The notes: generated by a model not told the origin, from the sequence alone. A stretch of 64,000 nt of DNA from Octopus vulgaris (GCA_951406725.2 OX597823.1:57722001-57786000); one strand, 5' to 3'. Shown: positions 23,895-38,750, counted from the first letter of the stretch. Numbers and translations: made by a program.

Positions 23895-24301
23895 GAATCA
23901 TGTGCATTATTTACATTATTTACATTCGACGGATATTTGTCCTCATCTTGTTTGTTGTTAACACAACGTTTCGGCTGATACACACCCTCCAGCCTTCCTT
24001 TACTGGACGATACCACAACTTCAGTTCCCACCATCCATACAGTGAAATGAGAGGGAACGCTCAGTGCCTAAAATACCGTGCAAATAATATCGTGCAAATA
24101 ATATAAGTAGCGATCGTGATACACACCACAAAGAAATAATCAAGATCATTAACGATCTGTTAAGCAACAGCTACCCCAAAAGTATACTATACACTCCAGT
24201 TATGAAGAAGAGAGAGAATGAGACCAATAAGCTGTCCACAGTCTGTTTACCCTATGTGAAAGGCCTCTCCGAAAAGATACAAAAGATATGCGGCCCATAT
24301 T
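23895..24301 (+). mobile_element. Penelope-like element fragment: inverted pseudo-LTR plus RT C-terminal remnant
   Basis: 24003-24301 encodes TGRYHNFSSHHPYSEMRG...CLKYRANNI, ...LSNSYPK, ...[18 protein letters not shown], matching PLE RT thumb-region motifs (SHHP, NGYP, LPY..G.SE). 23900-23997 is the same arm as at 5372-5455, in opposite orientation to the RT. Confidence 0.75.
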
Positions 24302-24391
24302 ACATCAGCATATATATGTATATACACACTCAGACACACATTTATATTTATATATACAAATGTATGTATATCTATATACACAAATGTATAT

Positions 24392-24442
<51 letters not shown>

Positions 24443-24515
24443 TATATATATATACATATACGTAAGTATATATGTGTGTGTATATAATTGTATATACATA
24501 TGTACGTATGTATGT

Positions 24516-24567
<52 letters not shown>

Positions 24568-24568
24568 T

Positions 24569-24859
24569 CACGTGATCACGTGACCGACCAGACCATCAGA
24601 TGTTGTTACACATTGTTCGCATTGTTTTAGCCTTCGAATGACGCCAACCCGCTGGCTAAGCGAGCAGGCCAACAGAAGAAAGAGTGGGAAAAAGAGTGGT
24701 GAAAGAGTACAACAGGGATCACCACCCCCTGCCGGAGCCTCGTGGAGCTTTTAGGTGTTTTCGATCAATAAACACTCACAACGCCCGGTCTGGGAATCGA
24801 AACCGCGATCCTGTGACCGCGAGTCCGCTGCCCTAACCACTAGGCCATTGCGCCTCCAC
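24569..24859 (-). mobile_element. SINE family C, tail type iii
   Basis: Near-identical to 23481-23785 with a small deletion. Confidence 0.88.
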
Positions 24860-25118
24860 ATATACATACAGATAAAACATAAACACTTACAAAATATGCA
24901 CACACACACATACACTCACACTCACACTCACGCATATATAAGTACTTATGTTTGTATATATATATGGATTATTTACCGACAAACGCTTCCCTTTATTAAA
25001 CTTCTAATGATAGCAAAAGGGTTATCTCAATCATTGCATTTTATATATTGAATTGCGATAAATTATAGTGTCGAACGATCGAATATTCAGATCAAGTCTA
25101 ATGTTATGTAAACAATGT

Positions 25119-25172
<54 letters not shown>

Positions 25173-25819
25173 CACTCACTCCCTCGTACGCGCGCACACA
25201 CACTCACACGCACAAACACACACACGAACAAGCACACACACGCATACACACACACATATATACTGTGTGTGTGTGTCTGCCCGCGTGTCCATATTTTAGC
25301 GTGTGCATGTGTGTAAGAGAAATAATTATATGAGAAACACGACTCACCAAAATACTTTCTGCTGAAGTCAATTCACTTCAGACTTATTCACTTTGTTATA
25401 TACAGTCTACACATGTTAATGGCGGGAATAAAAACCGAAATCTTTATAAGTCGTATACTAACGCTACATAATTCATTCTCATTCACATTCATTTATTGTT
25501 GAAGGAATGAATCCACCTTATTATTAACGTTCGAACAGATCCACCGCATTACTTATATTTTTACGTCAGGTACACTTTCTATCGGTCTCTTGTGCCGAAC
25601 TGCTTGGTTACAGGGATGTATACAAACCAACACCGGCACAAACATATACAGAAATACACACACATAAATATATATAGATGTGTGTGTGTGTGTGTGAGCC
25701 TTTCTGTCTCTCTCAATGCATGTATATTTGTGTGCGTGTGTAGTACGTATGCTTTTCTACAGTTTTCAACTGATTTTCACCAAACTTTACTCACACATCA
25801 CTTACGTGCTAAGGAGGGT

Positions 25820-26342
25820 CATGCATTATAACATTTTGCCCAGAGGCATCGCCCTCAACATGGAGGCCTACATCAAATGCTTGGAAGATGTAGTGCTGCC
25901 CTGGCTCAAATGGGTGGCTGCTGGAAGTTCCTATGTCTGGCAACAGGACTCTGCACCATGTTACACAAGCAGAACTCAGTCATGGCTGTCTGACAATTTC
26001 TGCGACCACATCACCCCTAACATCTAGCAACCTCATTTCCCGGACTGCAACCTCCTTGATTATTATGTGTTGGGCGCAGTTGAGCGAGAGACCAACAAAA
26101 CTTCTTGTGACACCAAAGATGAACTGAAGGCAATGATTATGGCAGCATTCACCAACGTAAAAAAAAAAAAAACGTCCAGAAGAGTTGCAGGAAATTCCGA
26201 AGCTCTCTGAAGACTGTGATTGAAGCCAATGTCAATTTTATTGAATAAGTTTACTCTTCAGTATTTCAAGATATTTTTATGTAATTTTGGTAAATATATC
26301 TGTTTTGCGTAAATTATACGACGATTTATTCACCACACCCTG
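25820..26342 (+). mobile_element. maT/DD37D-type Tc1/mariner transposase 3' remnant
   Basis: YIKCLEDVVLPW...YVWQQDSAPCYTSRTQSWL...PDCNLLDYYVLGAVERETN...VIEAN; D-x36-D spacing with internal stop; terminal caccacaccctg TIR-like end. Confidence 0.82.
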
Positions 26343-26637
26343 CACATTTAAATTATAACTTGTAAACCAAAATACCGTATCACCGAATCACGTATTAACC
26401 TATTTTGTATTCACATGTTAGGTATTAACGCACACTTCATTATATATTTATGTAGAAACATTTAAAGCAAAGTATAACCGTAATTCGCGTCGCTAGTGCA
26501 CTAATACGTATCACGTGTGTTACCTCTTAATGCATTAGATATCTATGCTTAGCTTACATTATACATCATTAAATACTAATACATATGTTTCGCATAGCAA
26601 AGTATTAACGTATTTCCATGCTTATCATGTGTTAATA

Positions 26638-26858
26638 GGCGCAAGCGTGATGGATAAGAAGCTTGCTTATCAGCCGCGAGGTCTTGGGTTTAGTCCCACT
26701 ACGCAGCGCATTCTGCAAGAGTTTTCTGTCTTCTAAAATAGCAACGAGCCGAGCAAACACTCGTGGGTGGATTTGGTAGACGGAGCTTGAGAGAAGCCCG
26801 TCGTATACATACATACATACATACATGCATACATACATGCATACATACATACATACAT

Positions 26859-26895
<37 letters not shown>

Positions 26896-27480
26896 TACAT
26901 ACATACACACACATACATACATGCATACATACATACACATATATATGCGCGCGTACGTGTGCAAGCGTGTGTGTGTGAGTATGTGATTGTGTACGGGTTT
27001 CTCATTTATTTATTGCCCACAAGGGGCTAAACATAGAGGGGACAAACAAGGACAGACAAAGGGATTAAGTCGATTACATCGACCCCAGTGCGTAACTGGT
27101 ACTTAATTTATCGACCCCGAAAGGATGAAAGGCAAAGTTGACCTCGGCGGAATTTAAACACAGAACGTAACAGTAGACGAAATACCGCTAAGCATTTCGC
27201 CGGGCGTGCTAAAGTTTCTGCCAGTTCGCCGCCTTGTGATTGTGTATGGCTTTCTGTTTGTCCTCTACAACCGCTCGACAACCCCTGCCCGTTGTTTTAC
27301 GTGCAGGTAACATTGGAGCCTCAGCAAAAGACACCGATGGAATAAGTACCGTGCTTAAAAAAAAAAAAAAAGTACTGCAGTCGATTTTTCTGTGGAGGAC
27401 TAAATCCTTTAAAGCGGATCCCCAGTGCTCACGACTGCAGCACAACGACTCGATTAAGTAATGGATAAAAGAAGAAAAAA
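26638..27480 (+). mobile_element. SINE family A, older copy interrupted by a family B SINE
   Basis: Head at 26638-26803, expanded (TACA)n, 3' half resumes at ~27256 after the insertion. Confidence 0.72.
27003..27234 (-). mobile_element. SINE family B, full-length with ~21-bp TSD
   Basis: Flanked by tgtgattgtgta(cgg/tgg)...tttct repeats; near-identical to 62078-62310. Confidence 0.88.
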
Positions 27481-28093
27481 ACAAACGAAAAAATACTATG
27501 AACGTAGAACATGTTTATCTAATAAGAAACAAACGTAGAAATCTTGATATTGCTTTCTGTAAATAATAACGTACCATGAAAATTAACGCCATCGTGTGGT
27601 ATTTTTTCAATTAGTTCAGTTATAAAATACTGGGTGGTCAAATGTATATTTTATTCAGTAGTATTTTAATTACTGGGTCTCGTATTCATTATTAATTAAT
27701 GACTTCATGAATTATTCAACATGTCGTCTCCGTTTTTCTAATTTTTGTTTGTTTTTTGTTTCGTTTTTCACGTAATTATAACCTTGAATAGTAATAACGT
27801 TACTGTTCAGTATATGTATCATTAACTTCAAAAGTATTCTTTTGGGTTGTTGATGTTGTGGTTGTTGTTGTTATTCTTGTAGTTGGTGATGATAATGTTT
27901 AGTCAGAACTCAACACTGATCGAGCAGAACCTATGATCAAAGGCATTCCAGCCGTGATCATCCCGTTATTTTTCATTAAAAAGAAACCTTTCGTTTCCTT
28001 ATTTATTGATGGTAAGATACGACGTGGGAGAGTTTAGTGTTTCCAAAGCAATAGTGTCGAGGGATATATACGTAACACACACGCGCACACACA

Positions 28094-28130
<37 letters not shown>

Positions 28131-28211
28131 GCAGGCACGTATGCACAAACACACACACACACACGAATTAATTATTTCGCATACATATAAAGGTTTTAAT
28201 ATCTGCTCAAG

Positions 28212-28615
28212 CAAGCTGGCAGAAACGTTAGCACGCCGGGCGAAATGCTTAGTGGAATTTCGTCTGTTTTTATGTTCTGAGTTCAAATTGCTTTTCTATC
28301 CTTTCGAGGTCGATAAATTAAGTACCAGTAGCGTACTGGGGTTGATCTAATCGACTGGTCCCCCCCCACACACAAAACAAAATTTCAGTCCTTGTGCCTA
28401 AAGTAGACAAGAATATCACTTCAATCATTTTGAAGAAGAGTGGTTAGTTGATGCCATCAGCCCAGTACTTGGCTCGTCCTTTATTTTATCGATCCCAACA
28501 GAACGACAGGCGAAGTTGACCTCATTGGAATTTCACCTTAGAATGTAAAGAACAGGAAGGAATAGCGAAAAATACCCTTTTCGACTCGCTAATGACTCTG
28601 ACAGCGCGCCACCTT
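28212..28615. mobile_element. Two SINE family B copies tail-to-tail (28212-28412 +; 28430-28615 -)
   Basis: ctggcagaaacgttagcacgccgggcgaaatgcttag on the plus strand; ttttatcgatccc...gttgacctc on the minus strand. Confidence 0.75.
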
Positions 28616-28624
28616 ACGTAAATA

Positions 28625-28872
28625 TTGAGTTGATGCATAATTATTGCAGGTTTTTCAACAAATTTTATTCAACAAAAGCAATAACAGCATATAGCAAAAA
28701 CATCTTTAAATGATTATTCCAGAGCATATTCACCATCTACTCCAATTACTGCTTCCCGTTTGCTTGGCAGACGGTCAGACCATCATTTAAAGATGTTTTT
28801 GTTAAATATTGTTATTGTTTTTGTTGATTAAACTCGTTGAAAAAAAGCCTCGATAATTATGCACCAACCCAA
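28625..28872. mobile_element. Mariner-derived MITE with ~90-bp inverted arms
   Basis: TA-ttgagttgatgcataattat...aaaaacatctttaaatgat / atcatttaaagatgtttttg...ataattatgcaccaacccaa-TA. The spacer encodes a transposase C-terminal scrap (DRLPSKREAVIGVDGEY) on the minus strand. Confidence 0.85.
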
Positions 28873-29090
28873 TACGTATACATATTCGTATATATATTTG
28901 AGTGTGTCTGTGTATATGTGTGTGTGTGTGGTTATGTGGTAAGAAGTCTATAAATATCCTAAAAACTCCTCACAGCCTTGGCTTTGTCTACTATTTGTTT
29001 TATTTATATTTCCTGAGCGCCATACTAATACAATTGTTTGTTTGTTTTCCACCTGCCTTCGTCTTTTGTCTATTTTCATAAAGCTTCCCG

Positions 29091-29126
<36 letters not shown>

Positions 29127-29321
29127 TCACACACTGTTGTTGGCATCCTTTATGTCTCGGCAGACAATGGAGTTGCGCATAAAATAATATTGTCCGGCAT
29201 TTACATTACATCTCCTGCAGTGGTTGTGTAGTCCTAGCCTGGCAGGTGTAGTGAAGCCTGGCTGGTTGTAATGTCATAGTTTCTTGTTGACGTTTTTTCT
29301 TGTCTTTCCATTTCTCCTCTC

Positions 29322-29481
29322 TGTGTGGTAAGAATCACATGGTTCCGGGTTCAATCACACTACGCGGCACCTCGGGCAAGTGTCTCTTATTATAGTCCCG
29401 GGTCGACCAAAGCCTTGTGAGAGATTTGCTGGACGGAAACTGAAAGAAGCCCGTCACATATATGCAATGGAAAGGTGGAAA

Positions 29482-29523
<42 letters not shown>

Positions 29524-30178
29524 TTATGTGTGTGTGCATGTGTTTGCCACCATTCCATTGCTTTACAACTGATTTAGTTGCGTTTACGTCCCTGTAATCT
29601 AGCAGTTCGGCAAAAACAAAACCCGATACAATAAGTTCTAGGCTCACAAATGATAAGATCTGGGGTCGAGTTCTTCGACTAGAAGTCCTTTGATCCAGTG
29701 CTCCAGCATGGCTGCAGTCAAATGACTGAAACAACAGAAGAAGTGGAAGAATATATATATATAGAGAGAGGCGTAGGTGTGGCTGTGTGGTAAGTAGCTT
29801 GTTTACCAACGACATGGTTCCGGGTACAGTCCCACTGGGCGCGGCACTTTGGGCAAGTGTCTTCTACTACACCCTCGGGTCGACCAAAGCCTTATGAGTG
29901 GATTTGGTAGACGGAAATTGAAAGAAGCCCGTCGTATATATGTATATATATGTGTGTGTGTATATAAGTTTGTGTGTCTGTGTTACTCCGCCCAAGATCG
30001 CTTGACAACCGATGCTGGTGTGTTTACGTGACCGTAACATAAGCGGTTCAGCAAAAGAGACCGATAGAATATGTACTAGGCTTACAAAGAATAAGTCCTG
30101 GCTGTTGATTTGCTCGACTAAAGACGGTGCTCCAGCATGGCCCCAATCACATGACCGAAACGAGTAAGAGAGAGTAAA

Positions 30179-30181
<3 letters not shown>
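29322..30181 (+). mobile_element. Two tandem SINE family A copies (29322-29750 and 29770-30181)
   Basis: Both carry catggttccgggt, gggcaagtgtc, gacggaaa(c/t)tgaaagaagcccgtc and gtgctccagcatgg. Confidence 0.87.
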
Positions 30182-30229
<48 letters not shown>

Positions 30230-30920
30230 CTTGTTAAACCTCTTTATATTCTCATCATACTGTTGTACTTTTTTATGTCCTTAACGTGTCCCTGTTACCA
30301 AAGACTGTATATATACATGTAATGTAGCAATTTGCAACAACCAATAATTAACGCAACCAAACTTCCATATGTTACTTTTGACAATCTTTTTCCAAAGAGT
30401 GAAACCGGTTAAGTAAATAAACATCTTTTAAATTGCATTTTCAAACCTTCTTTCGTATATAATTCCACTCGTGCGATACCCCACAACTCAACTTTGTTAT
30501 ATATATATATATATATAAAATAAGTCCAATTGATGAAACAAAAGAGAAAATTGCGAAGAACTACATCCACAAAGCATTTTGCAAAAACGTCACAGTTTAC
30601 TTAACGAAATGTTTAATAAAAACATTTAAGACACTACTGTATTTAAAACTCTGCTCTAAAATCTATTACTGTCTCATTAACGTCACTATAGCTTCCCAGA
30701 TTGAATCTTATCTTCTTCAAAACCTCTTCAACATTTATTCCACCAATTTTCGATCTAAATTACGAAACAATGTCTTGTTTTTGTTCTTATTTCCTCATCT
30801 TATTAATTTTTTTTTTCTGTTGTTGTCTGTCTCTGTCTACGCCTTTGTCTATACTTTTGTCTACATATCTGTCTCTTTCTTTCTCTTTCCTTTATGCTCT
30901 ATATATCTATCTATCTACCA

Positions 30921-31018
<98 letters not shown>

Positions 31019-31664
31019 TACTGCAGCTCCCTATATCCTTTCTGTCCTTCCCTGCTTCTCATTACATTTTCAAAACTCTCGCGTCTTATTTGCGTATGGC
31101 TTTCTATCTGTTCTATAAATTAATTTGTCCGTCAAGAGCTGATGGTTTTGTCCCAGTTCTGTTTCCTTATTGTCCACTTTACAATTCAACTTATTATATA
31201 TTCCTATTGAAGTCAATGTATTTTAGTGATTCTCTTAGCTCTTGCTATAAATGACATCAAATTTAACCGCATACTTAATACAACAGCGATCGCTGGCTAG
31301 CTGCAGTACAAGCTCACTCGCACACATACCAGCGCACAAGCATAGACATGTGAGCGGATTGCTTCACACATACGCAAACATATACCAAAATACCTATACA
31401 TACATAAATAGATACAGTTATAGATATACACAAACACACACATATATATATGTGTGGGTGTCTGTATACGTATATATATGTCTATATATATATATACACA
31501 CACACAAACATATTTATATACGCATATATACACACGTGTAGATACGCACCTATATGAATATTTAGAGGCACGTACGTACATATTCACATTCGTGGACGCA
31601 TTCATACCAGCAGCGATGTCATTGAATGCGAGTAAGATAACTGAAATAGATGTTTAGGTCACTA

Positions 31665-31813
31665 TCCACCTCCTCCCGCTCCTCGCCAACATCCTCCACC
31701 TCCTCCTCCACCTACTCATCATCATCATCATCATTACCATCATCACCACCACCACAACCACGACCACCACCATCATCATCATCATCCTCCTCCTCCTCCT
31801 CATCATCATCCTT

Positions 31814-31847
<34 letters not shown>

Positions 31848-32163
31848 ACATCTTCGTCGTCGTCGTCATCATCATCATCGTCATCATCATCATCATCATC
31901 ATCTTCGTCGTCATCATCATCTTCGTCGTCGTCATCATCATCATCATCATCATTATCATCATCATCATCATCAACATCTTCGTCGTCGTCATCATCATCA
32001 TCATCATCAACATCCTCCTCATCATCATCATCCTTATCATCATCATCATCATCATCATCATCTTCATCGTCGTCATCATCATCATCATCATCATCTTCAT
32101 CAACATCTTCGTCGTCGTCGTCATCATCATCATCATCATCATCATCATTTTCATCACCACCAC

Positions 32164-32238
<75 letters not shown>

Positions 32239-32535
32239 ATTCGGTAGCAATCACAGCAGCAGCCGCAGCCGCAGCAGCAGTTGGGGGCAGCGGCAGCGGC
32301 AGCGGTACATCGTCATCGTCTTCGTCAACGTCAATCGTCATCACAACCACCAACACCAAGACCAACACCATCACACCATCAACACCACCACCACCACCAT
32401 TGCCACCGGCATCACCTCCAACACTATCACCGCCGTCCCAGCCACCAGCGCCATCATCAGCATCAACGCCACCTTTGCCCCCCCCCCCCACCTCCCAGAC
32501 ATCATCCTCGTCTTTCTTACCACCATCGTCACCAT
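31665..32535. repeat. Compound (TCA/TCG/CCA)n trinucleotide expanse in intron 1
   Basis: Direct inspection; explains the poly-Ser/Asp/Met ORFs in the track. Confidence 0.95.
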
Positions 32536-32827
32536 TTATAACAGTATTATCTGATTTCTCTAATCTAGTTCCGACAGAAACTTTTGCACTCCCTGCCTTT
32601 CTCATTCTCCCCTGCCCCCACCCATTCGTCTTTCTCATTCTCTCTGTGGTTTTACTGTCTGCGTCATACGGAAAAGTGCATACGTACGGAGCATCACACA
32701 CACGGAGCATCAAACACGCTTTTGCAAGCGTATGCCACACGTACACATACACACACATATAGCATATATATATATATACATATATACAATTATACATATA
32801 TAGATATATACAATTATACACATATAC

Positions 32828-32861
<34 letters not shown>

Positions 32862-32925
32862 ACCCGAATATTATACATATGTATATATATATATATATAT
32901 GTATAGATCTATATGCATGTATATA

Positions 32926-32983
<58 letters not shown>

Positions 32984-33162
32984 TAAATATATATACATAT
33001 ACATGTATTTATATATATATACATATATACATAAATTTATACATAATATATTTTTATATATGTAGATATATATATACACACATACACACACATATATTTG
33101 TGTTTGTGTGTGTGTGTGTACACACGCAAGTATAGGCACTTAGACACAAACAGGCTGATACT

Positions 33163-33201
<39 letters not shown>

Positions 33202-34229
33202 CATGAGAAACAACAGAGAAAATTCCAGACACAAACAAACACATACGCCAGCAAATCAACGCCAACACCAACACCACCACCACGATCAGCACCACCGCCA
33301 TCATCACCACCACTACCACCACCAATGGCCACTATTTACTCCCAACACCAACGCCAACACCACAGATCCTAGCTCCACCACCACCACCACCACCACCACC
33401 ACAACCTCTTACCGCCTCCTCCCCCATCCATCATTCTTCATTAACAAGTGTTATTTATATCTACCAAGTAATTGTAATAAGTAGAAATACTGTAGCAATC
33501 TTTTTTTTTTTTCCGAAATAATGCCCACCTACTGTAAATGCTCAGTTTTCTTTTATTTCCTTTTTTTTTTGGGTGTTTGTATTTATATTCTTTTTGCACT
33601 CGTTGCAGTTTTTCCTTCATTCTAACTAATTAGATTTACCTTTCTCCTTTTTTTCTTCTTCTATTATCATTTTTTCTTTCTTTTCTTTTTTTTTTTTTTT
33701 TTTTCTTTCCCTCAATCTATTGCCTCATCAATCTCGTTTTTCGTTACTGGTTACTTTCTGAACAAAGAAAGAACTAACTCCCATAATAAGTGTTCTTACT
33801 CCCAATTGCCATCAACCCCTTCATACGCCAATTTCTCCTATTTCAAAACATTCGCAGAGGTTTCTATTATATTCTATTTTATGTTGGGTAACCTTCTAGT
33901 TTTCACGTTGGTTTTTAATTAACATTTGTCGTTCTACTGTCCCCCCAATATTTCTATATTTAAAATAGTTTAAAATATTGCTTTCCGCTTGTTTTCGTTT
34001 TGTCTACACGTGTATTCTTCTTTTTCTCATTTCGCTGTTACTCATCACATTTAATACTATATACAGTCTTAGGAAAGAAGAGGAGTAGAAGAAGGAGGTG
34101 AAGGAGGTACGAAAGCGGACAAAGAGTTCAATTGGTTATTATAGCCATAGGTCAGATCTAACTGAGAGCAGACCTCTGATCAAAGACATTCCGTTTGAAA
34201 CTCTTCTGTAGGTATATCCAAAAATGTTT

Positions 34230-34570
34230 TATTGGTTTCAAATTTTTACACATGATCAGCAAGTTCGAATCTCAGTGTTCAGCTGATATTTATTTTTATC
34301 AATTCTGAAAGGATGAAAGGCGAAGTCGGCCTCGTCGGAATTTGAACTCAGATTGTATTAACGATTCTGCCAGCAGGCTGCCTTACAACTGCGTTTTATT
34401 GAATTTTTCGAGCTTTCCATTATTTGTTCCTGTTCTGAGTGAGAGTCCAGCTGAGGTCAACTCTACTTTCATTTCTCCGAGGTCGATAAAATGTGGTACC
34501 ACACAAATATTGGGGTTAATGGCATCGACAAATGTCCATTCCTTAAAATTGCACGCCAGGTGCCTAAATA
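34230..34570. mobile_element. Two decayed SINE family B copies head-to-head
   Basis: gaaaggatgaaaggcgaagtcggcctcgtcggaatttgaactcag (minus) and gaggtcaactctactttcatttctccgaggtcgataaa (plus). Confidence 0.65.
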
Positions 34571-35125
34571 AGGAACAAGCATATGTTTGCTACAGCAAAC
34601 CGTCCCACATATGAGTATGTACCTACATACGTATGTAAGTATATGTGTATGCAAGTAAGTCATTATTTAGTTTTATTTCAATATTTCGTCTCAACAGAGA
34701 AAGAGCCGGTTTCTATTCTAGATCCAAGGGTCCTTCATTGGAATTTAAACATCAGCTGGGTGTATATGAATGTATAAATGTACGTAAGTATGTATGTGTG
34801 TATGTATGCATGTATATGCGTATATCTATATGTTTTATTTAATGTATGTATTCTCATGCATGTAGCTGCATGTATAGATATGCTTAAATCATAAATTTCC
34901 GGAAAGTTTTACAAATTTTTATAACTCCGGTGATGGCTTGGAACTGTAACCCATGAATCAACTTTCACCTTTCTGATTTTGTGTATCCTAATTTCTTAAA
35001 ATTGGTACTTAAGTAGTGTGTTACATACCTCAGTGCGCCAATAATTACAGGTATAAACCTGAACTTGTAATCTGGGTAGAATAACTGTAGATTACATGTA
35101 TGTATGTATGTATGTTTGTTCTTAA

Positions 35126-35237
<112 letters not shown>

Positions 35238-35308
35238 TATATATATGTATGCATTTATATGTATATATATCTATCTATATATCTATATCTATCTATCTAC
35301 CTACCTAC

Positions 35309-35418
<110 letters not shown>

Positions 35419-35583
35419 TTTTACTCCTGTGTAAAGAAGGTTACCAATGGTTTCATGTGTAGAACAGATTTTTACAATTGTTCAAATATCTCCCTTACAT
35501 GAAATTATCCATAACCTTCTTAACTAACAAGTAAATATTATTTATCCACAAACTCATTTTCACGCTTCGATATTACCGCTCGC

Positions 35584-35628
<45 letters not shown>

Positions 35629-36104
35629 TATATAATTAAAATCACAATAAGGGTGAAAAAAATTGAATAGTAATTAATAACATCAATTATAAATTAATAT
35701 GTTCTCAAACCGGCAGTAAATTACTGGGGTAGTATTTACATCCGGATTTTTTTTAACGCGCGAGAATGAGGATATTTGAACATAACTGCAAATATAATCG
35801 GCTGTGCCATTCGTTTTTCTTCGGCTTCGTATGGATGTTGGCGTTTGACTCAGCAAATTATATTTTTTTGATATACTCGACTGACGATCCGAAAATGATT
35901 ATGTAAGAAAAATTACACAATCTATTAACGGTGAAACAATTGTATAGAGTTAATCTATTTTTTCGTTATTTTTCATTTGTCCTGCTCGCTAACATTCTTG
36001 GCGCGTTGAATTAATGCTTGAGAATAATTTCTTTAGTGGTGGATTCCCTTCGTGGATCTATATCTACCGTTAGAGTGACCACATGTGGACTCTCTCTCAT
36101 TACT

Positions 36105-36218
<114 letters not shown>

Positions 36219-37122
36219 GACAGACAGAGACAGAGACAAAGTGATAGACAGACAGATATAGAGTGATAATTATAGATATAGCGATAGACAGACGGACAGT
36301 CGGATAGATAGGTTAATGCATAACACAATGTTTTGAACATGCATGCATCTGTAGACATCGTTACCTGTGATGATCCATATGTTTTGACTTAAGTATATGT
36401 ACACATAAGTTTGTATAGCTACACTTGTCTATACGCACATACTACATACTAAACCACTGTGACGTTTTACATATATCAATGCATATTTATGTGTACATAA
36501 GTGTGTCTTGTCTTGAGAACTTGGTTATTTTCAAGTTTCATCGTATTTAACCGGTTTTCTTTTTGTTCATTATTTCATATGGCTTCTTTCCATTTTATTT
36601 TGAACAGAAAATTATCTGAATCCATTACTAACGTTACAAGGCATTAATAGTGACAGTATGAAGTGATGTTGGCATGTGTTATTACCACTTCTTAATAGGT
36701 AGGGTCAATGCAGTTGGTGAAAATATTATAGCTAGAATATGAATTTTGATCGTCAGATTTATAAGTCAGCCGTAATGCTTTTACGAAACTATGAGAAATC
36801 ATTGACAGAGAGCTAGAATACAGTCGTATTTTCCATGTAATATGTCTGAAACATATTGCGTCGATGACATGATTTGTTCTGCATTGAAATCGCATTCGGC
36901 CCATGATTCAAGAGTTCCAAGGTTTTGAGCCTAGGTCTGTCTGACCAAGCGTATAAATTGCAGTCTATTTAGTTCAGTCTCGCAACTATATGGTTTCGAG
37001 TTTAATTTTAGTGTGTGGTTCTTTGGGCAAGTGTATTTTACTGTAGTCATGGACCGCGTGAAAGTTCGTGAATAAATTTCAGGGAGTGTTTAGAGTCAAG
37101 GGTTTCCTGAATTCAGGTCCAT

Positions 37123-37872
37123 TTCATCTAATACGTCCAATGTCCAATCTAATAATGTGGTTGGGTGCAATTTGGAGTAGATATGGTTGCCATCTCCTGT
37201 AGAATATGCAACGACGTAAGGGATTCTAGATATCGAAGAATATGGATATCCACCGTATGGATTTTTCGTTACCTTTCATCAAAGCCACTGTATTTGTGGC
37301 CATTCGGTCAATATTTCAGACTAGACGAGGTGGCGAGTTGGCAATATCGTTAGCACGCCGGGCAAAATGCTTAACGGTATTTCGTCCGTCTTTACGTTCT
37401 GAGTTCAAATTCCGTCATGGTCGATTTAACAGTTCATCCTTCCTGAGTCGGTTAAATATGTACCAGTTGAGTACTGGGATCCTTGAAATCAAATTACTCC
37501 TCCTCCTCCTCTTCCTAAATTGATGGGCTTGGGCCAAAATTTGAAACTAATGTTGATGTCAGAATGGATATCCATGACTATGTTATGCCATATGTCCTTC
37601 ACTAGAGTAAGATTTGAGCAAATTTTGGTTATTATTTCTTGCATCTGAAGTGATCCCGTAAATACCACGACTCTTAACATTGATATTTGTTTAGACTCAT
37701 GTCAGACTTATGATCAATAGAATATTAGCTGCTAATTGAGACCCATTTCATCTAATACATCCCTTATTTCTAATTCGGTTGGGTGCAATTTGTGGTAGAT
37801 ATGGTTGCCATCTCCAGCAGAATGTGCAACGACGTAAAGGCTTTCTAGGTTTCGAAGAGTGTGGATATCCAC
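37123..37872. repeat. Two ~130-bp related copies (37123-37253 and 37745-37872), probably 3' ends of an unclassified minus-strand retroelement
   Basis: Shared ccatttcatctaatac...ggttgggtgcaattt...gtagatatggttgccatctcc...gcaacgacgtaa...tggatatccac. Confidence 0.75.
37328..37550 (+). mobile_element. SINE family B
   Basis: ggtggcgagttggcaatatcgttagcacgccgggcaaaatgcttaacggtatttcgtccgtctttacgttctgagttcaaattccg. Confidence 0.8.
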
Positions 37873-38494
37873 TGTATAGACTGTTCTTGTTACTGTGCAA
37901 TAGACTTAACCAGCGCCCCTTGTTTTTATAAGTCCTCACCAAAGTCCACCTTGTCTGAAATCAGTAATCTGGTTTGAGAGCCATTTCCTCTCTCCATTTC
38001 ATGTCAAGATTTGAGAACTTTTTTTTTCTCCTTTATGTCATACAAAATAACAATAGGAATGCGATTTACGGAAATGTAGGTGCATTACAGCGCTCTTAAT
38101 ACATTAGGTGCTCTGAAAAATCCTTTCTATGTGCAACGTTGGCTGGAAGATTCTGTATGGATATTATCAACTGCACTTGCTTCACCCTCAGCAATGCCCA
38201 ACAGTAATGCAAACGTCTCGTCTACAGCGTCTCAGTGACTCGTAGCAATGAAATACCTCTCTCACACTCTTGCACTTTCTCTCTTTCTTCCTCTCTCTCT
38301 TTCTCTCTCACTCTCTAACACTCTCTCTCTCTGTCTCTGCGGAATATATTTCACAGCAAGAAACAAAAAGAAAAAGAAAAACATTCCCACGCAACTCTCC
38401 TAATTGTACTAATTCGGCAAAGCTATTGGGGATGCGATGAATGTGGGATAAAAATCATTGAGTTACTGCTTTGATTTTCTAGTAGATAGGTTTA

Positions 38495-38750
38495 TGGTGT
38501 GTATGTATGTATGTGTGTATGTATGTATGTATGTATGTATGTATGTATGTATGTATGTATGTATGTATGTGTGTATGTATGTATGTATGTATGTATGTAT
38601 GTATGTATGTATGTATGTATGTATGTATGTATGTATGTATGTATCTATCTATCTATCTATCTATCTATCCGTTTATCTGTCTGTTAGCCATCCACCCATC
38701 CGTCTGTCCGCTCGTCCATCCGCCTGCCTGTCTCTATGTATATCACTATC

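Noticed and set aside
31650-32878. Long poly-Ser (370 aa) and poly-Asp (388 aa) ORFs
   Set aside because: Open only because (TCA)n lacks stops in those frames; no splice signals or domain content.
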